From the NCBI GenBank assembly GCA_034667185.1, contig JAXDKH010000365.1, forward strand, positions 1-33,834: a DNA stretch of 33,834 nt, given 5' to 3'. Below the pieces are notes generated by a model that saw nothing but the letters and a program-made list of their open reading frames with translations, was not told the DNA's origin and did no database searches. Source of the stretch: Chloroflexia bacterium (lineage in GTDB: Bacteria; Chloroflexota; Chloroflexia; QHBQ01; JADMIH01). Numbering within the stretch: position 1 is the stretch's first letter; every line of letters starts with the position of its first letter. A program made the position numbers and the translations under genes. This document shows positions 1 to 9,156 of the stretch, one piece after another.

Positions 1-42
1 AAATCCGAAATCCGAATTCCCAATTCCCAAATGGAGGAACTA

Positions 43-1677
43 ATGAGCGATCCGTTGTGGTACAAAGACGCGATCATCTACGAGCTGCACGTCAAGGCCT
101 TTTATGATAGCAACGGCGATGGCATCGGCGACTTCAATGGCCTGACCGAGAAGCTGGACTACCTGCAGGACCTCGGCATCGACACCATCTGGCTGCTGCC
201 CTTCTTTAAGTCGCCCCTGCGCGACGACGGCTATGACATCGCAGACTACTACCAGGTACACCCCAACTACGGCACGGTGGCGGACTTCAAACGGTTCCTC
301 AAAGAGGCCCACCGCCGCAACCTGCGCGTGCTTGCCGACCTCGTGATGAACCACACTTCCGACCAGAACGCCTGGTTCCAGGAGGCCCGCGCCTCCACCG
401 ACCCGAAGAAGCGCAATTGGTACGTGTGGAGCGATACGATACATAAGTACGAGCAGGCCCGCATCATCTTCACCGACACGGAGCGCTCCAACTGGACGTG
501 GGACGAGACCGCCAAGGCTTACTTCTGGCACCGCTTCTTCAGCCACCAGCCCGACCTCAACTTCGATAACCCAGCGGTGCGCCGAGAGATGCTGCGCGTC
601 ATCCAGTTCTGGATGGACCAGGGCCTCGACGGGTTCCGGGCCGATGCTGTGCCTTACCTGTTCGAGCGAGAGGGCACGAACTGCGAGAACCTGCCCGAAA
701 CGCACGAGTACCTCAAGGAAGTGCGCCGCTTCATGGACGGGCGCTATGAGAACAAGGTGCTGCTCGCCGAGGCGAACCAGTGGCCCGCCGACCTGCTGCC
801 CTACTTCGGCAACGGCGACGAGTTTCACATGGCCTTCAATTTCCCGCTGATGCCACGTATCTTCATGTCGTTGCGGCGCGAGGAACGCTGGCCCATCATG
901 GAGATCATCAGCCAGCTTCCAAAGATTCCCGACATCTGTCAGTGGGGAATCTTCCTGCGCAACCACGACGAATTGACGCTGGAGATGGTCACCGACGAAG
1001 AGCGCGACTACATGTACTACGAGTACGCCAGAGACCCGCGCATGAAGATCAACATCGGCATCCGCCGCCGCTTGGCCCCACTCCTGGACAATGGCCGCCG
1101 CCAGATAGAGTTCCTGAACAACCTGCTGCTCACCCTGCCGGGCACCCCGGTGCTCTACTACGGTGACGAGCTGGGCATGGGCGACAACATCTTCCTGGGC
1201 GACCGCGACGGCGTGCGCACCCCCATGCAGTGGACCAGCGACCGCAACGCCGGCTTCTCGAAGGCCGACCCCGCCCGCCTCTACAGTCCGGTCATCAATG
1301 ACCCGGTGTACGGCTACCAGTCGATCAACGTAGAAGCCCAGATGCGCACCCAGACCAGCCTCCTGCGCTGGATGCGGCGCATGATCCACGTCCGCAAAAA
1401 ATACCCGGTGTTCGGCAGGGGCGACATCACCTTCCTCAACCCCGCCAACCCGAAGGTGCTCGCCTTCATACGCAGTTACGAGGGTACCGACGTGCTGTGC
1501 GTCTCCAACCTCTCCCGCTTCGCGCAGCCGGTCGAGCTTGACCTCTCACAGTACAATGGCCGTCGCCCCGTGGAGCTAATAGGCGAGATCGCCTTCCCGA
1601 AGATAGGCGAGCTACCATACTTCCTCACGCTTGGCCCCCACACCTTCTTCTGGTTCCGCCTGGACCACGAAGGGTAG
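43..1677 (+). CDS. treS: Trehalose synthase / maltose alpha-D-glucosyltransferase (GH13_16), no fused maltokinase
   Basis: [10 protein letters not shown]-terminus, [38 protein letters not shown] (nucleophile), [36 protein letters not shown] at 33-37 favours ATG 43 over 31. Confidence 0.95.
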   Translation: MSDPLWYKDAIIYELHVKAFYDSNGDGIGDFNGLTEKLDYLQDLGIDTIWLLPFFKSPLRDDGYDIADYYQVHPNYGTVADFKRFLKEAHRRNLRVLADLVMNHTSDQNAWFQEARASTDPKKRNWYVWSDTIHKYEQARIIFTDTERSNWTWDETAKAYFWHRFFSHQPDLNFDNPAVRREMLRVIQFWMDQGLDGFRADAVPYLFEREGTNCENLPETHEYLKEVRRFMDGRYENKVLLAEANQWPADLLPYFGNGDEFHMAFNFPLMPRIFMSLRREERWPIMEIISQLPKIPDICQWGIFLRNHDELTLEMVTDEERDYMYYEYARDPRMKINIGIRRRLAPLLDNGRRQIEFLNNLLLTLPGTPVLYYGDELGMGDNIFLGDRDGVRTPMQWTSDRNAGFSKADPARLYSPVINDPVYGYQSINVEAQMRTQTSLLRWMRRMIHVRKKYPVFGRGDITFLNPANPKVLAFIRSYEGTDVLCVSNLSRFAQPVELDLSQYNGRRPVELIGEIAFPKIGELPYFLTLGPHTFFWFRLDHEG

Positions 1678-1853
1678 GAGAGCGATGGAACCGCAAAGGC
1701 GCAAAGAGCGCAAAGGACACTAGTTGTTAGGAATTGTGGCTCACGAAAAAGGAGTAGGGTACCTGTTGACGTGCCCTACTCCTTTTATATTGTGAACCTT
1801 CATTCTGTTAGTGTCCTTTGCGCTCTTTGCGCCTTTGCGGTTTCATCGCTCTC
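1678..1853. repeat. Long nested inverted repeat (REP/REPIN-like) with an internal terminator-like hairpin
   Basis: ~45-bp arms 1678-1722 and 1809-1853 built from CGCAAAG(G/A) units, with one mismatch. Inner hairpin AAAAGGAGTAGGGTAC...GTGCCCTACTCCTTTT at ~1747-1786. Confidence 0.85.
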
Positions 1854-1957
1854 ATTAGCCCAACCCCGACGCTGAATTTCTATGCTTTACTGGCACGCTT
1901 TGTGCACCCCAGAGCCATACTTTGTACAGTGCTGAATACATGACACGGAGGCATTAT

Positions 1958-2842
1958 ATGGCTACCGGTGTTTCCCAGGCGATCATTGACAGGCAGAAAT
2001 GGCTCGACGACATATCCGATAAGCTGCAACCCCTCATCAACGATGCTTTCAGCAGCGGCGGCGAGGTGGGCAAGCTCGCCAAGGACTTCCTCAACGGCGT
2101 GTGGCTGGGCCACCCCCTGCACCCGGTTATCACCGACGTACCTGTGGGCGCGTGGACCATGACGCAGCTTCTCGACCTGATAAGCCTTTTGCGTGGCGAC
2201 GACCCTGGCCTGGATGCCGCTTCCGACATCACACTGGGCGCGGGTATTGTGGCTGCGGTGGGTGCGGCCGTAACCGGTCTGGTCGACTGGAGTGACGTAG
2301 GTGGCTCCCACCGCCGTATGGGCATGGCTCACGCTTTGATCAACGTCGGAGGCCTCACCCTGAACGTTGCGTCCCTCGCGCTGAGGATGGGCGGCAAGAA
2401 GAACCGTGGCCTGGCCCGGTCGCTGTCGGCGGGCGGCTACCTGCTCAACGCGGCAGCGGCCTACGTGGCGGGCGAATTGGTGTACAACCTCGGCCAGGCC
2501 ATCAACCGTGACGCCTGGGTGGACGGCCCCGACAAGTTCACCGACGTTGCCTCCCTGGAAGAGTTGCGGGAAGGTGAGATGGTCAAGGTGGATTACGACG
2601 GCAGGCCCATCGTCCTACTCCAGCACGACGATGGCATCCACGCCTTCGAGGGCACATGCCCACATTACGGCTGCGGGCTGTGGGAAGGCAAGCTGGAGGA
2701 CCATACCCTCACCTGCCAGTGCCACGGCTCCCAGTTCGACGTGCGCGATGGCACCCTCCTCCACGGCCCCGCCACTGCGCCGGTCCCCAGCTACGACGTT
2801 CGCAGGCGCATGGGCCGAGTGCAGATCAGGATGAGGAAGTGA
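1958..2842 (+). CDS. DUF2231-like membrane domain fused to a C-terminal Rieske [2Fe-2S] domain
   Basis: WLGHPLHP..TDVPVGAW membrane motif. Rieske boxes CPHYGC and CQCHGSQF, plus GPA. SD GGAGG at 1947-1951 before ATG 1958. Confidence 0.85.
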   Translation: MATGVSQAIIDRQKWLDDISDKLQPLINDAFSSGGEVGKLAKDFLNGVWLGHPLHPVITDVPVGAWTMTQLLDLISLLRGDDPGLDAASDITLGAGIVAAVGAAVTGLVDWSDVGGSHRRMGMAHALINVGGLTLNVASLALRMGGKKNRGLARSLSAGGYLLNAAAAYVAGELVYNLGQAINRDAWVDGPDKFTDVASLEELREGEMVKVDYDGRPIVLLQHDDGIHAFEGTCPHYGCGLWEGKLEDHTLTCQCHGSQFDVRDGTLLHGPATAPVPSYDVRRRMGRVQIRMRK

Positions 2843-2844
2843 TT

Positions 2845-3164
2845 CTGAAACGTGAAACGTGAAACGTGATGCGACTTGCTCTTGTTGGTGCGTGAATACG
2901 ACCTTAATTCTTTAGCGGGACCATATTCCACCCTGTCATCCTGAGCGTAGCGAAGGATCAGTTGGGTAGATGAGAGTCTACAACGTTCAGGATGCGGGTG
3001 GCATCAGGGACAAAGTCGCTTGAATACCAAGAGCCAAACAGGGGCCGCTGATCCTTCGCTGCGCTCAGGATGACAGGGTGGAATATGGCCGCCAGGGTAC
3101 AAATCACCTGCATTCTGGTACCCCATAGAGCAAGCCGCATCACGTTTCTCGTTTCACGTTTCAG
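2845..3164. repeat. Composite palindromic element: heptamer-repeat outer arms enclosing a ~140-bp MITE/REPIN-like unit
   Basis: Outer arms 2845-2882 and 3127-3164 contain (GAAACGT)n. Inner arms 2921-2961 and 3048-3088 contain GTCATCCTGAGCG(T/C)AGCGAAGGATCAG. Confidence 0.85.
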
Positions 3165-3184
3165 CACCAGGAGTACGAGACACT

Positions 3185-3706
3185 ATGGGAAAGAACAAAG
3201 GGCGCAAGCGGCACAACCCACTCAAAGGCCTCCTCTTCGGCCTCGTAGCGGGCGCGGCGGCTTCGGCGGCGATGGACCAATATTGGGGAATGGTAGAGCG
3301 AGTGCCGGGGGCGCGGCCTGAACAGCAACCCAGGCGTGGCGGCAACCAGCAGAAGGACGAGCCTTCCACCCAAATCATCGCTGACAGGCTATCGGAGGCG
3401 CTGACCGGCAAAGAAGTACCCGAGGACGCCAAGCCCGCCGCAGGAGTTGTAGTCCACTACCTCACGGGGGCCTTGCAGGGCGGCCTCTTCGGTCTAGTAG
3501 CAGCCGTGCGCCCCCGCACGGGCCTATTCGCCGGGCTGCTCTACGGTGTCGCCATCTGGCTGTTCCTGGACGAACTTACCCTGCGGCTCCTCAACCTCGC
3601 TCCCGACCCGGACAAGGTGCCGAAGAAGCAACACGTCGAAGCCCTGGGTGCACACCTGGTCTACGGCGGCAGCCTGGCGTTACTAACCAGACGCTTTCTC
3701 AGGTAG
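3185..3706 (+). CDS. DUF1440-like membrane protein
   Basis: GLVAGAAASAAM N-terminal helix, VVHYLTGA, GLLYG.AIW, HLVYG. SD AGGAG at ~3169. Confidence 0.7.
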   Translation: MGKNKGRKRHNPLKGLLFGLVAGAAASAAMDQYWGMVERVPGARPEQQPRRGGNQQKDEPSTQIIADRLSEALTGKEVPEDAKPAAGVVVHYLTGALQGGLFGLVAAVRPRTGLFAGLLYGVAIWLFLDELTLRLLNLAPDPDKVPKKQHVEALGAHLVYGGSLALLTRRFLR

Positions 3707-3710
3707 AAAA

Positions 3711-3747
3711 ACGACGGACGATGGTGAAAGCCACCATCGTCCGTCGT
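3711..3747. terminator. Hairpin between convergent genes, continuing into (ATCGTCT/C)n heptamers
   Basis: ACGACGGACGATGGTG-aaagc-CACCATCGTCCGTCGT, a perfect 16-bp stem. Confidence 0.55.
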
Positions 3748-3770
3748 CTATCGTCTATCGTCCGTTAGCC

Positions 3771-4706
3771 CTACTGCTGTCCGCCCGGACCCTTCTCGAT
3801 AGGCGCACCCACCAGGTTGCCCCACTCGGTCCAACTGCCGTCGTAGTTGCGCACGTTGGGGTAGCCGAGCAGGTGCTTTAGCACAAACCAGGTGTGCGAC
3901 GAACGCTCGCCGATGCGGCAATAGGCGACAACGTCCTTGTCTGACGTTACGCCCTTGGGCTGGTAAATATTGCGTAGTTCCTCGGGGCTCTTGAAGGTGC
4001 CGTCCTCGCGTACCGCCGTGGCCCACGGCACGTTCTGAGCGCCGGGGATGTGCCCGCCTCGCTGCGCACCCTCCTGCGGGTAGTTCACCATGTGCAGCAT
4101 CTCGCCCGTATACTCCGGGTTCGAGCGCACGTCCACCAGGGCGTAGCCTTCCTTCAGGCTGTTGTTCTGGCGGTCCAGCAACGCCATGACCTCGTCGCGG
4201 AAGGCGCGGATCTCGCTATCGTTGCGCTCCTGGGCTGTGTAATCCGCCTGAGAGTGGCTTGGCACCTCGCGGGTCATGGGGCGGTTCTCGGCCACCCATA
4301 ACTGGCGGCCGCCGTTCATGATCTTGGTGTTTTTGTGCCCAAACAGGTGGAACACCCACAACGCGTATGTAGCCCACCAGTTGTTCTTGTCGCCGTAGAA
4401 CACCACCGTGGTGTCGTTGGAGATGCCGCGCTCCCGGCACAGCCTCTCAAAATCCTCCCGGCTGATGTAGTCGCGCCGCACTTTGTCGTTGAGGTCGGCT
4501 ACCCAGTCGAGCTTGACCGCGCCCGGTATGTGTCCCTGCTCGTACAGCAGCACGTCCTCGTCCGACTCCACGAGCCGCACGCTGGGATCGTCCAGGTGGT
4601 CTTCCACCCACTGCGTGGACACGAGTATATCGGGGTTGGCGTAGCCTGAGCCGTTCTGTGTGTCTGTGGCCTGCGCCGTGACTTCTGTTCCTGTACCTGT
4701 AGACAT
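3771..4706 (-). CDS. Tandem-domain rhodanese / thiosulfate or mercaptopyruvate sulfurtransferase (SseA/CysA-like)
   Basis: GHIPGA twice, active-site loop YCRIGERS, C-terminal YDGSWTEW signature. SD AGGAG upstream. Confidence 0.93.
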   Translation of the reverse strand: MSTGTGTEVTAQATDTQNGSGYANPDILVSTQWVEDHLDDPSVRLVESDEDVLLYEQGHIPGAVKLDWVADLNDKVRRDYISREDFERLCRERGISNDTTVVFYGDKNNWWATYALWVFHLFGHKNTKIMNGGRQLWVAENRPMTREVPSHSQADYTAQERNDSEIRAFRDEVMALLDRQNNSLKEGYALVDVRSNPEYTGEMLHMVNYPQEGAQRGGHIPGAQNVPWATAVREDGTFKSPEELRNIYQPKGVTSDKDVVAYCRIGERSSHTWFVLKHLLGYPNVRNYDGSWTEWGNLVGAPIEKGPGGQQ

Positions 4707-5013
4707 GGTTTGCTCCTTTTCTCCTGGAATTGTGACGATATTCTCTTTTGCTTATCTGCTATGCAACGAGTAACGCAGTCGCGTACATATTATACACTGT
4801 TTAGGCTGTTTTAATGTGCTAGGGGCATGTCAATCCAGTTTGCATGTAAACCAACTTCCTACTGCCGCTAACTAACTTCTAAGGAACTTCAGCGTTACAT
4901 AAAGCACACAGGTTTCGTTACATAGGGCGAACGACCTTTACCTACCAATAGGCACCAGGCACGCACCTCCCGGCGAGCCACTCATGCCGCGCAGGTATCT
5001 ATCTTCCATGAGG

Positions 5014-5115
5014 CATGACTAAAGTACCACCGCGGTAACCCTTTTTATTATTGCTTTTACGTCAACATGGTCGATATAATTGTTTTGCACAGTTGATTGT
5101 GAATAAAAACAATTA
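5014..5115 (+). promoter_or_regulatory. Putative sigma70 promoter for the HD-GYP sensor gene, with an upstream 6-4-6 box and an overlapping inverted repeat
   Basis: TTGCTT (5051)-18 bp-TATAAT (5075). CATGAC-taaa-GTACCA at 5014-5029. Inverted repeat TAATTGTTTT (5077) / AAAACAATTA (5106). Confidence 0.45.
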
Positions 5116-5389
5116 GATGAAGATGTTACAGGCGTACTGCGTTCTTGCTTCTTTCTACCATTTGGTCTCGTAGCCTGTGAACGACCCTGAGTCCCGCAAT
5201 ACGCTCGTTGCTTGTACCACTCGGATGCATATGGACCAACTCCGAAGGCACCTACAGCCTCAGAAACATGCGCTAGAGAACAACCTCGCACCGGCGGGCG
5301 GGGTGACCTGGCAGCGCATTGCTGTGCCTTCGAGCGAGCCCGTGTCCTACACGAGGCTGGCTCCGCTGAGTTCGTCGGGTGCGTTCAAC

Positions 5390-7954
5390 ATGACGGCCCC
5401 CGCGCTGGCCTATCGCCGCAACACGGGCAGTACGCTCCGCGAGCGCATGCGGTTGGTCCTGGTCCTGTCTGCCACCCTGCTCTACATCGTGCTCCTTTCG
5501 TACGTGCTCTCGCTCAGCAGCAGTTCGGCCAGGCCCTCGGTGGGCCTCACGGCGCAGCGCGACACCGCAGGTGCATGGCGGGTGACCTCGCTCGTACCGG
5601 GTGGCTTGAGCTACGACAGTGAAGTGCGCCTGGGCGATATGGTTGTGGCGGCTTACGATGCCACCGGCAACGCGCTGAACCTGGGTGCGCTGCCCGCCGG
5701 GTCGGACAATTTCTCTTCGGTCTATGAACTGGCGGTCCGTTCAGGGGGCGACCCGGAAGGCAGGTTGGTCCGGATCAGCACCGCCAACCAGCGTCCCGAC
5801 ACTGCACTCCAGCGGTGGGGCTATGCGGCGCTCGGCCTCATCTTCATAGCGGTAGGGGGCGCGGTGTTCGTCAAGGCCCGGCAGCGTGATGCCGCCAGGG
5901 CATTCTATCTCTTCTGCCTCACCACTGCGGTAGCCCTGGCCCTCGCTTCGGCCATGTACCTGCGCATAGATTGGCTGCAGTCAATGCTTTTCATCACGCT
6001 TGCGGCCTGGGCCGGCTCCTTTGCGATCTTCTTCTTCAAGTTCCCGGTGTGCGTCGGCAAATCCAAGCGAGACCATTACTTCCTCCTCGCGTCCGTGGCC
6101 CTGGGTGCCCTGTTCATCATCGCCGGTTACTTGTGGGTGCTGGCAGGGAATTACGGCGACTACGAGACGGTGAGGATGCTCACCTTGATCTACGTGAGCG
6201 CCTGCGTGGCTTCCGGCCTTGGTACGCTCCTTAGATCCTTGGTGGGCGAGCGCTCCCCCGAAGTCCGGCAGCAACTGTTCCTGTTGCTTGGTGGCACTGC
6301 CATCGCGGTTGGCCCCGCCCTGTTGCTGGACCTTCTTCCGCACATTCTCATAGACAGGGCCATTGTGAGCATAGACATGACGGTGCTCTCAATGGGTTTC
6401 CTGCCCCTGGCCTTTGCATACGCCATTACCCAGCACCAGTTGCTCGGCATACGCAGCCTGGTGCGGCGTAGCGTGGTCTACGTCATAATGGGCTTCAACG
6501 TGCTGGTGCTCTTCGCCGTGGCTGCCGCCGTAGTCAGCGCCCTCTTGCCGCAGGGTTGGTGGGGCAGCGAGTTTGGGCTGCTCGGCTTCGGCCTCTTTGT
6601 CTTCCTGATTGCCCTGTCGTTCGGTTGGGCGCAGCACCGCGTCGAACGCCTGGTGGACCGCTATATTTACCACGACGCTTACGACTACAAAGAGGCGCTG
6701 TTGCAGTTTAGCGCCCAACTTGCCTCCGAGCAGGACCTGAAGGTGCTTGCCGACCAGCTTGTGGAGCGCACCTGCCGCCTGATGAACCTCACCTGCGGCA
6801 TACTTTTGCTGTCCTCCCAGCCGCAAGAGGCCCCGCAGGCGGAAAGGCTGGCTTCTTCGTCCGGGCGCGACTTCCCCGACGCCGAGACAGAGTACGCCCA
6901 TGCGTTTACCTCCCGCGTAGGGACTGACATGGGTGGCAGAGACCGCACGCAGCCGCTGACGGAAGGCGACCTTTACCTGGAGTTGTATGCTAAGCACGGA
7001 GCCCTTGCCGAAACACTCTTAGAGGGATTGCGCGCCGAACTGTCCAGTCAAGGCATAGTGCTGCGCGAACTTGACAGCACCGCACAGATGGTATTCCTGG
7101 ACGGCGATTCGCAGATGGGCAAGCCCGAATTGCGAACGTCCTTCCTTGACGAAGACCCTTCAGACCTCGATACTGTGCGTTCTTTCCTGGGTGTGCCTCT
7201 GTGGACCCGTTCCTACTTCATAGGAGTGCTCTGCCTGGGCGGCAAGAAGACCGGCGAGCGCTTTACCCAGGACGACATCTCGCTTTTGAGCACGCTGGGC
7301 AGCCAGGCGGCCCTCGCCATCTATAACGCGCAACTGTACGAGGCCCGCGAGCAGGCACTGCTCGATACGATAACGGCCCTGGCTCACGCCATCGAGGCTA
7401 AAGACACCTACACGATCAACCACTGCGAGAACATCACCGACCGGGCGGTGGTGCTGGCCCAGGCGCTATCGCTACCGAGGCAGGACGTGGAGAACATCCG
7501 CCTTGGCTCGATACTGCACGACGTAGGCAAAATTGGCATACCCGACGCCATCCTCAATAAGCCCTCCAAGTTGACCGACGAGGAGTACGAGATCATCAAG
7601 CAGCACGCGCAGATCGGTGCGCGCATCGTGCAGTCGGTGGGGGCATTGCAGGGTGTCGTGCCTATCGTGCGGCACCACCAGGAGCGATTCGATGGCCGGG
7701 GCTATCCCGACGGGTTGGTGGGCGAGGCGATACCAGTGGGCGCGCGAATCATCGCGGTGGTAGATGCATATGGGGCTATGACCGAAGACCGCGTATACCG
7801 TAAGGCGCTGGGGCACGCGAAGGCGCTCGATGAGCTACGTCGCAACGCAGGCACCCAGTTCGACCCGCACGTAGTCAACACCTTCATCCGCATTCTGAAG
7901 GAGCAGCCTGAGCTTGCCGAAATCCACTTAGAAGACCTGGTAGGTTTGCATTAG
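5390..7954 (+). CDS. Membrane sensor: TM + PDZ-like extracellular domain + multi-TM region (ComP-like) + GAF + HD-GYP phosphodiesterase
   Basis: WRVTSLVPGGLSYDSEVRLGDMVV (PDZ-like), ~8-9 hydrophobic helices, GAF end GVLCLGGKKTGERFTQDDISLLSTLGSQAALAIYNAQLY, LHDVGKIG and HHQERFDGRGYP. The ORF is open from 5177; the true start is uncertain (5390 or 5447 plausible). Confidence 0.85.
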   Translation: MTAPALAYRRNTGSTLRERMRLVLVLSATLLYIVLLSYVLSLSSSSARPSVGLTAQRDTAGAWRVTSLVPGGLSYDSEVRLGDMVVAAYDATGNALNLGALPAGSDNFSSVYELAVRSGGDPEGRLVRISTANQRPDTALQRWGYAALGLIFIAVGGAVFVKARQRDAARAFYLFCLTTAVALALASAMYLRIDWLQSMLFITLAAWAGSFAIFFFKFPVCVGKSKRDHYFLLASVALGALFIIAGYLWVLAGNYGDYETVRMLTLIYVSACVASGLGTLLRSLVGERSPEVRQQLFLLLGGTAIAVGPALLLDLLPHILIDRAIVSIDMTVLSMGFLPLAFAYAITQHQLLGIRSLVRRSVVYVIMGFNVLVLFAVAAAVVSALLPQGWWGSEFGLLGFGLFVFLIALSFGWAQHRVERLVDRYIYHDAYDYKEALLQFSAQLASEQDLKVLADQLVERTCRLMNLTCGILLLSSQPQEAPQAERLASSSGRDFPDAETEYAHAFTSRVGTDMGGRDRTQPLTEGDLYLELYAKHGALAETLLEGLRAELSSQGIVLRELDSTAQMVFLDGDSQMGKPELRTSFLDEDPSDLDTVRSFLGVPLWTRSYFIGVLCLGGKKTGERFTQDDISLLSTLGSQAALAIYNAQLYEAREQALLDTITALAHAIEAKDTYTINHCENITDRAVVLAQALSLPRQDVENIRLGSILHDVGKIGIPDAILNKPSKLTDEEYEIIKQHAQIGARIVQSVGALQGVVPIVRHHQERFDGRGYPDGLVGEAIPVGARIIAVVDAYGAMTEDRVYRKALGHAKALDELRRNAGTQFDPHVVNTFIRILKEQPELAEIHLEDLVGLH

Positions 7955-7995
7955 TCAGTAACTGTTCTTCGGTCCAGCAGATATTACGTGAGGTC

Positions 7996-8030
7996 GCCCG
8001 GTAGGGGAAAGTCCTACCGGGCTTTTGCTT
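7996..8030 (+). terminator. Intrinsic terminator after the HD-GYP gene
   Basis: GCCCGGTAGGG-gaaag-TCCTACCGGGC followed by TTTTGCTT. Confidence 0.8.
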
Positions 8031-8124
8031 GCCTGGACTCGTCGCGCAGAGTCAAATGTCGCATGTGCACCGTACTTCATAAATGCGACTCTACGTAGAT
8101 TTACGTAAATCGTGGAATAGCGCC

Positions 8125-8217
8125 TAGTACTCTGGTCCTACCTATTGTATTGACATAGTACTTTTGGTATACTCACCCCGTCGGAGATGGCTAGTACTTG
8201 CTAGTACCAAAGTACCA
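8125..8217 (+). promoter_or_regulatory. Promoter of peptide gene 1 with three TAGTAC-N4-GTACTA-like boxes
   Basis: TTGTAT (8145)-17 bp-TATACT (8168) with extended TG. Boxes at 8125-8140, 8156-8171 and 8202-8217, plus an extra TAGTAC at 8192. Confidence 0.55.
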
Positions 8218-8399
8218 TGTTATATGGTGGGTATTCTGTACTGGTCGAGGTAAGGTGCTGCAGGGAACAGTCGGGGTTCAGTAGCACAAGAGGAGCACCG
8301 GGTAACTGCCCGGAAGTGCCTATGCAGGGGCACATATTGGCGTTGTAAGCAGGCCACGAACCAGGAGCCATCGTCACACCACGGAGGAGCATAGCAACC

Positions 8400-8615
8400 A
8401 TGAACCTGAATATCCTAGAAAAACTCACCCGCCACGCCATCAAGGGTAACAACGTAGTAGGCATTAGCAACGAGATGCTGAAGAAGGGCTTCCTCAGCCC
8501 CGCCGAGCATCGCTCGGTGCAGTCCCTCTCGTGGCAGATCGCCGCCAACCTCAACGCTACCACGGGTGGCGCGGTCGCTGCACCCCCCACTACCGTTTAC
8601 CGGGTGTGGATCTAA
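8400..8615 (+). CDS. 71-aa putative ComX-like pheromone/RiPP precursor 1 (C-terminal YRVWI)
   Basis: Strong SD GGAGGAG, own terminator, and 38/71 ungapped identity to the paralog at 8855 support coding status. Function is inferred from the penultimate Trp and the neighbouring genes. Confidence 0.8.
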   Translation: MNLNILEKLTRHAIKGNNVVGISNEMLKKGFLSPAEHRSVQSLSWQIAANLNATTGGAVAAPPTTVYRVWI

Positions 8616-8643
8616 GCCCTAGATTTAGAACTTTTCTTCTTCT

Positions 8644-8676
8644 GCAAAAAGACCGGCACTAAGCCGGTCTTTTTGC
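8644..8676. terminator. Bidirectional intrinsic terminator after peptide 1
   Basis: GCAAAAAGACCGGC-actaa-GCCGGTCTTTTTGC. Confidence 0.85.
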
Positions 8677-8854
8677 GTCCTCCGGTATGATATCGCGTCC
8701 CAGACAGCGCCCCCAGCCCCTGCATTTATCAACATTTGTCTACAAATTCGGGTTCTTTATGCCTGTAGCCCTTACTTTCCGCCGGAACTGTCGTTATACG
8801 AGGCATGCACGGGCTATGTCACTGTGGCACTCCCGAACAGGAGGTTATTAGCTG

Positions 8855-9070
8855 ATGAACCTGAACGTACTTGAGAAACTCGCACGTGAGATAATGAAGG
8901 GCAACGACGTCTCGCTAACGAGCCAGGCACTGTTGAACAGGGCAGTACTATCGCCCATCGAGCACCGGTCGCTGCAATCCCTCTCCTGGCAGATCGCCGC
9001 CAGCGCACGTCACACCCCCAGCGGCAACACCACAGTCGCTTCGATCAGCACCTACCGCGTCTGGATTTAG
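8855..9070 (+). CDS. 71-aa putative ComX-like pheromone/RiPP precursor 2 (C-terminal YRVWI)
   Basis: SD AGGAGG at ~8839. Paralog of 8400-8615 with conserved MNLNxLEKL, LSPxEHRSxQSLSWQIAA and YRVWI. Confidence 0.8.
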   Translation: MNLNVLEKLAREIMKGNDVSLTSQALLNRAVLSPIEHRSLQSLSWQIAASARHTPSGNTTVASISTYRVWI

Positions 9071-9156
9071 ACGACCCTGCCCGATTGTCCTCGCTCGCCC
9101 ATGTACCTGATACAGGAGAGAGCCGGGGCCTTACGTTTGTGACCATGAGCTTCCGT

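Noticed and set aside
2958-3321. Small ORFs over the palindromic element
   Set aside because: They are translations of repeat DNA (e.g. VILSAAKD) with no SD support.
4850-4925. Short direct repeats CGTTACATA x2 and AACTTC x3 in the divergent intergenic region
   Set aside because: Could be regulator sites, but too short and irregularly spaced to support.
8150-8173. Perfect TTGACA as the -35 for TATACT
   Set aside because: The spacer is only 12 bp; TTGTAT at 8145 gives 17 bp.
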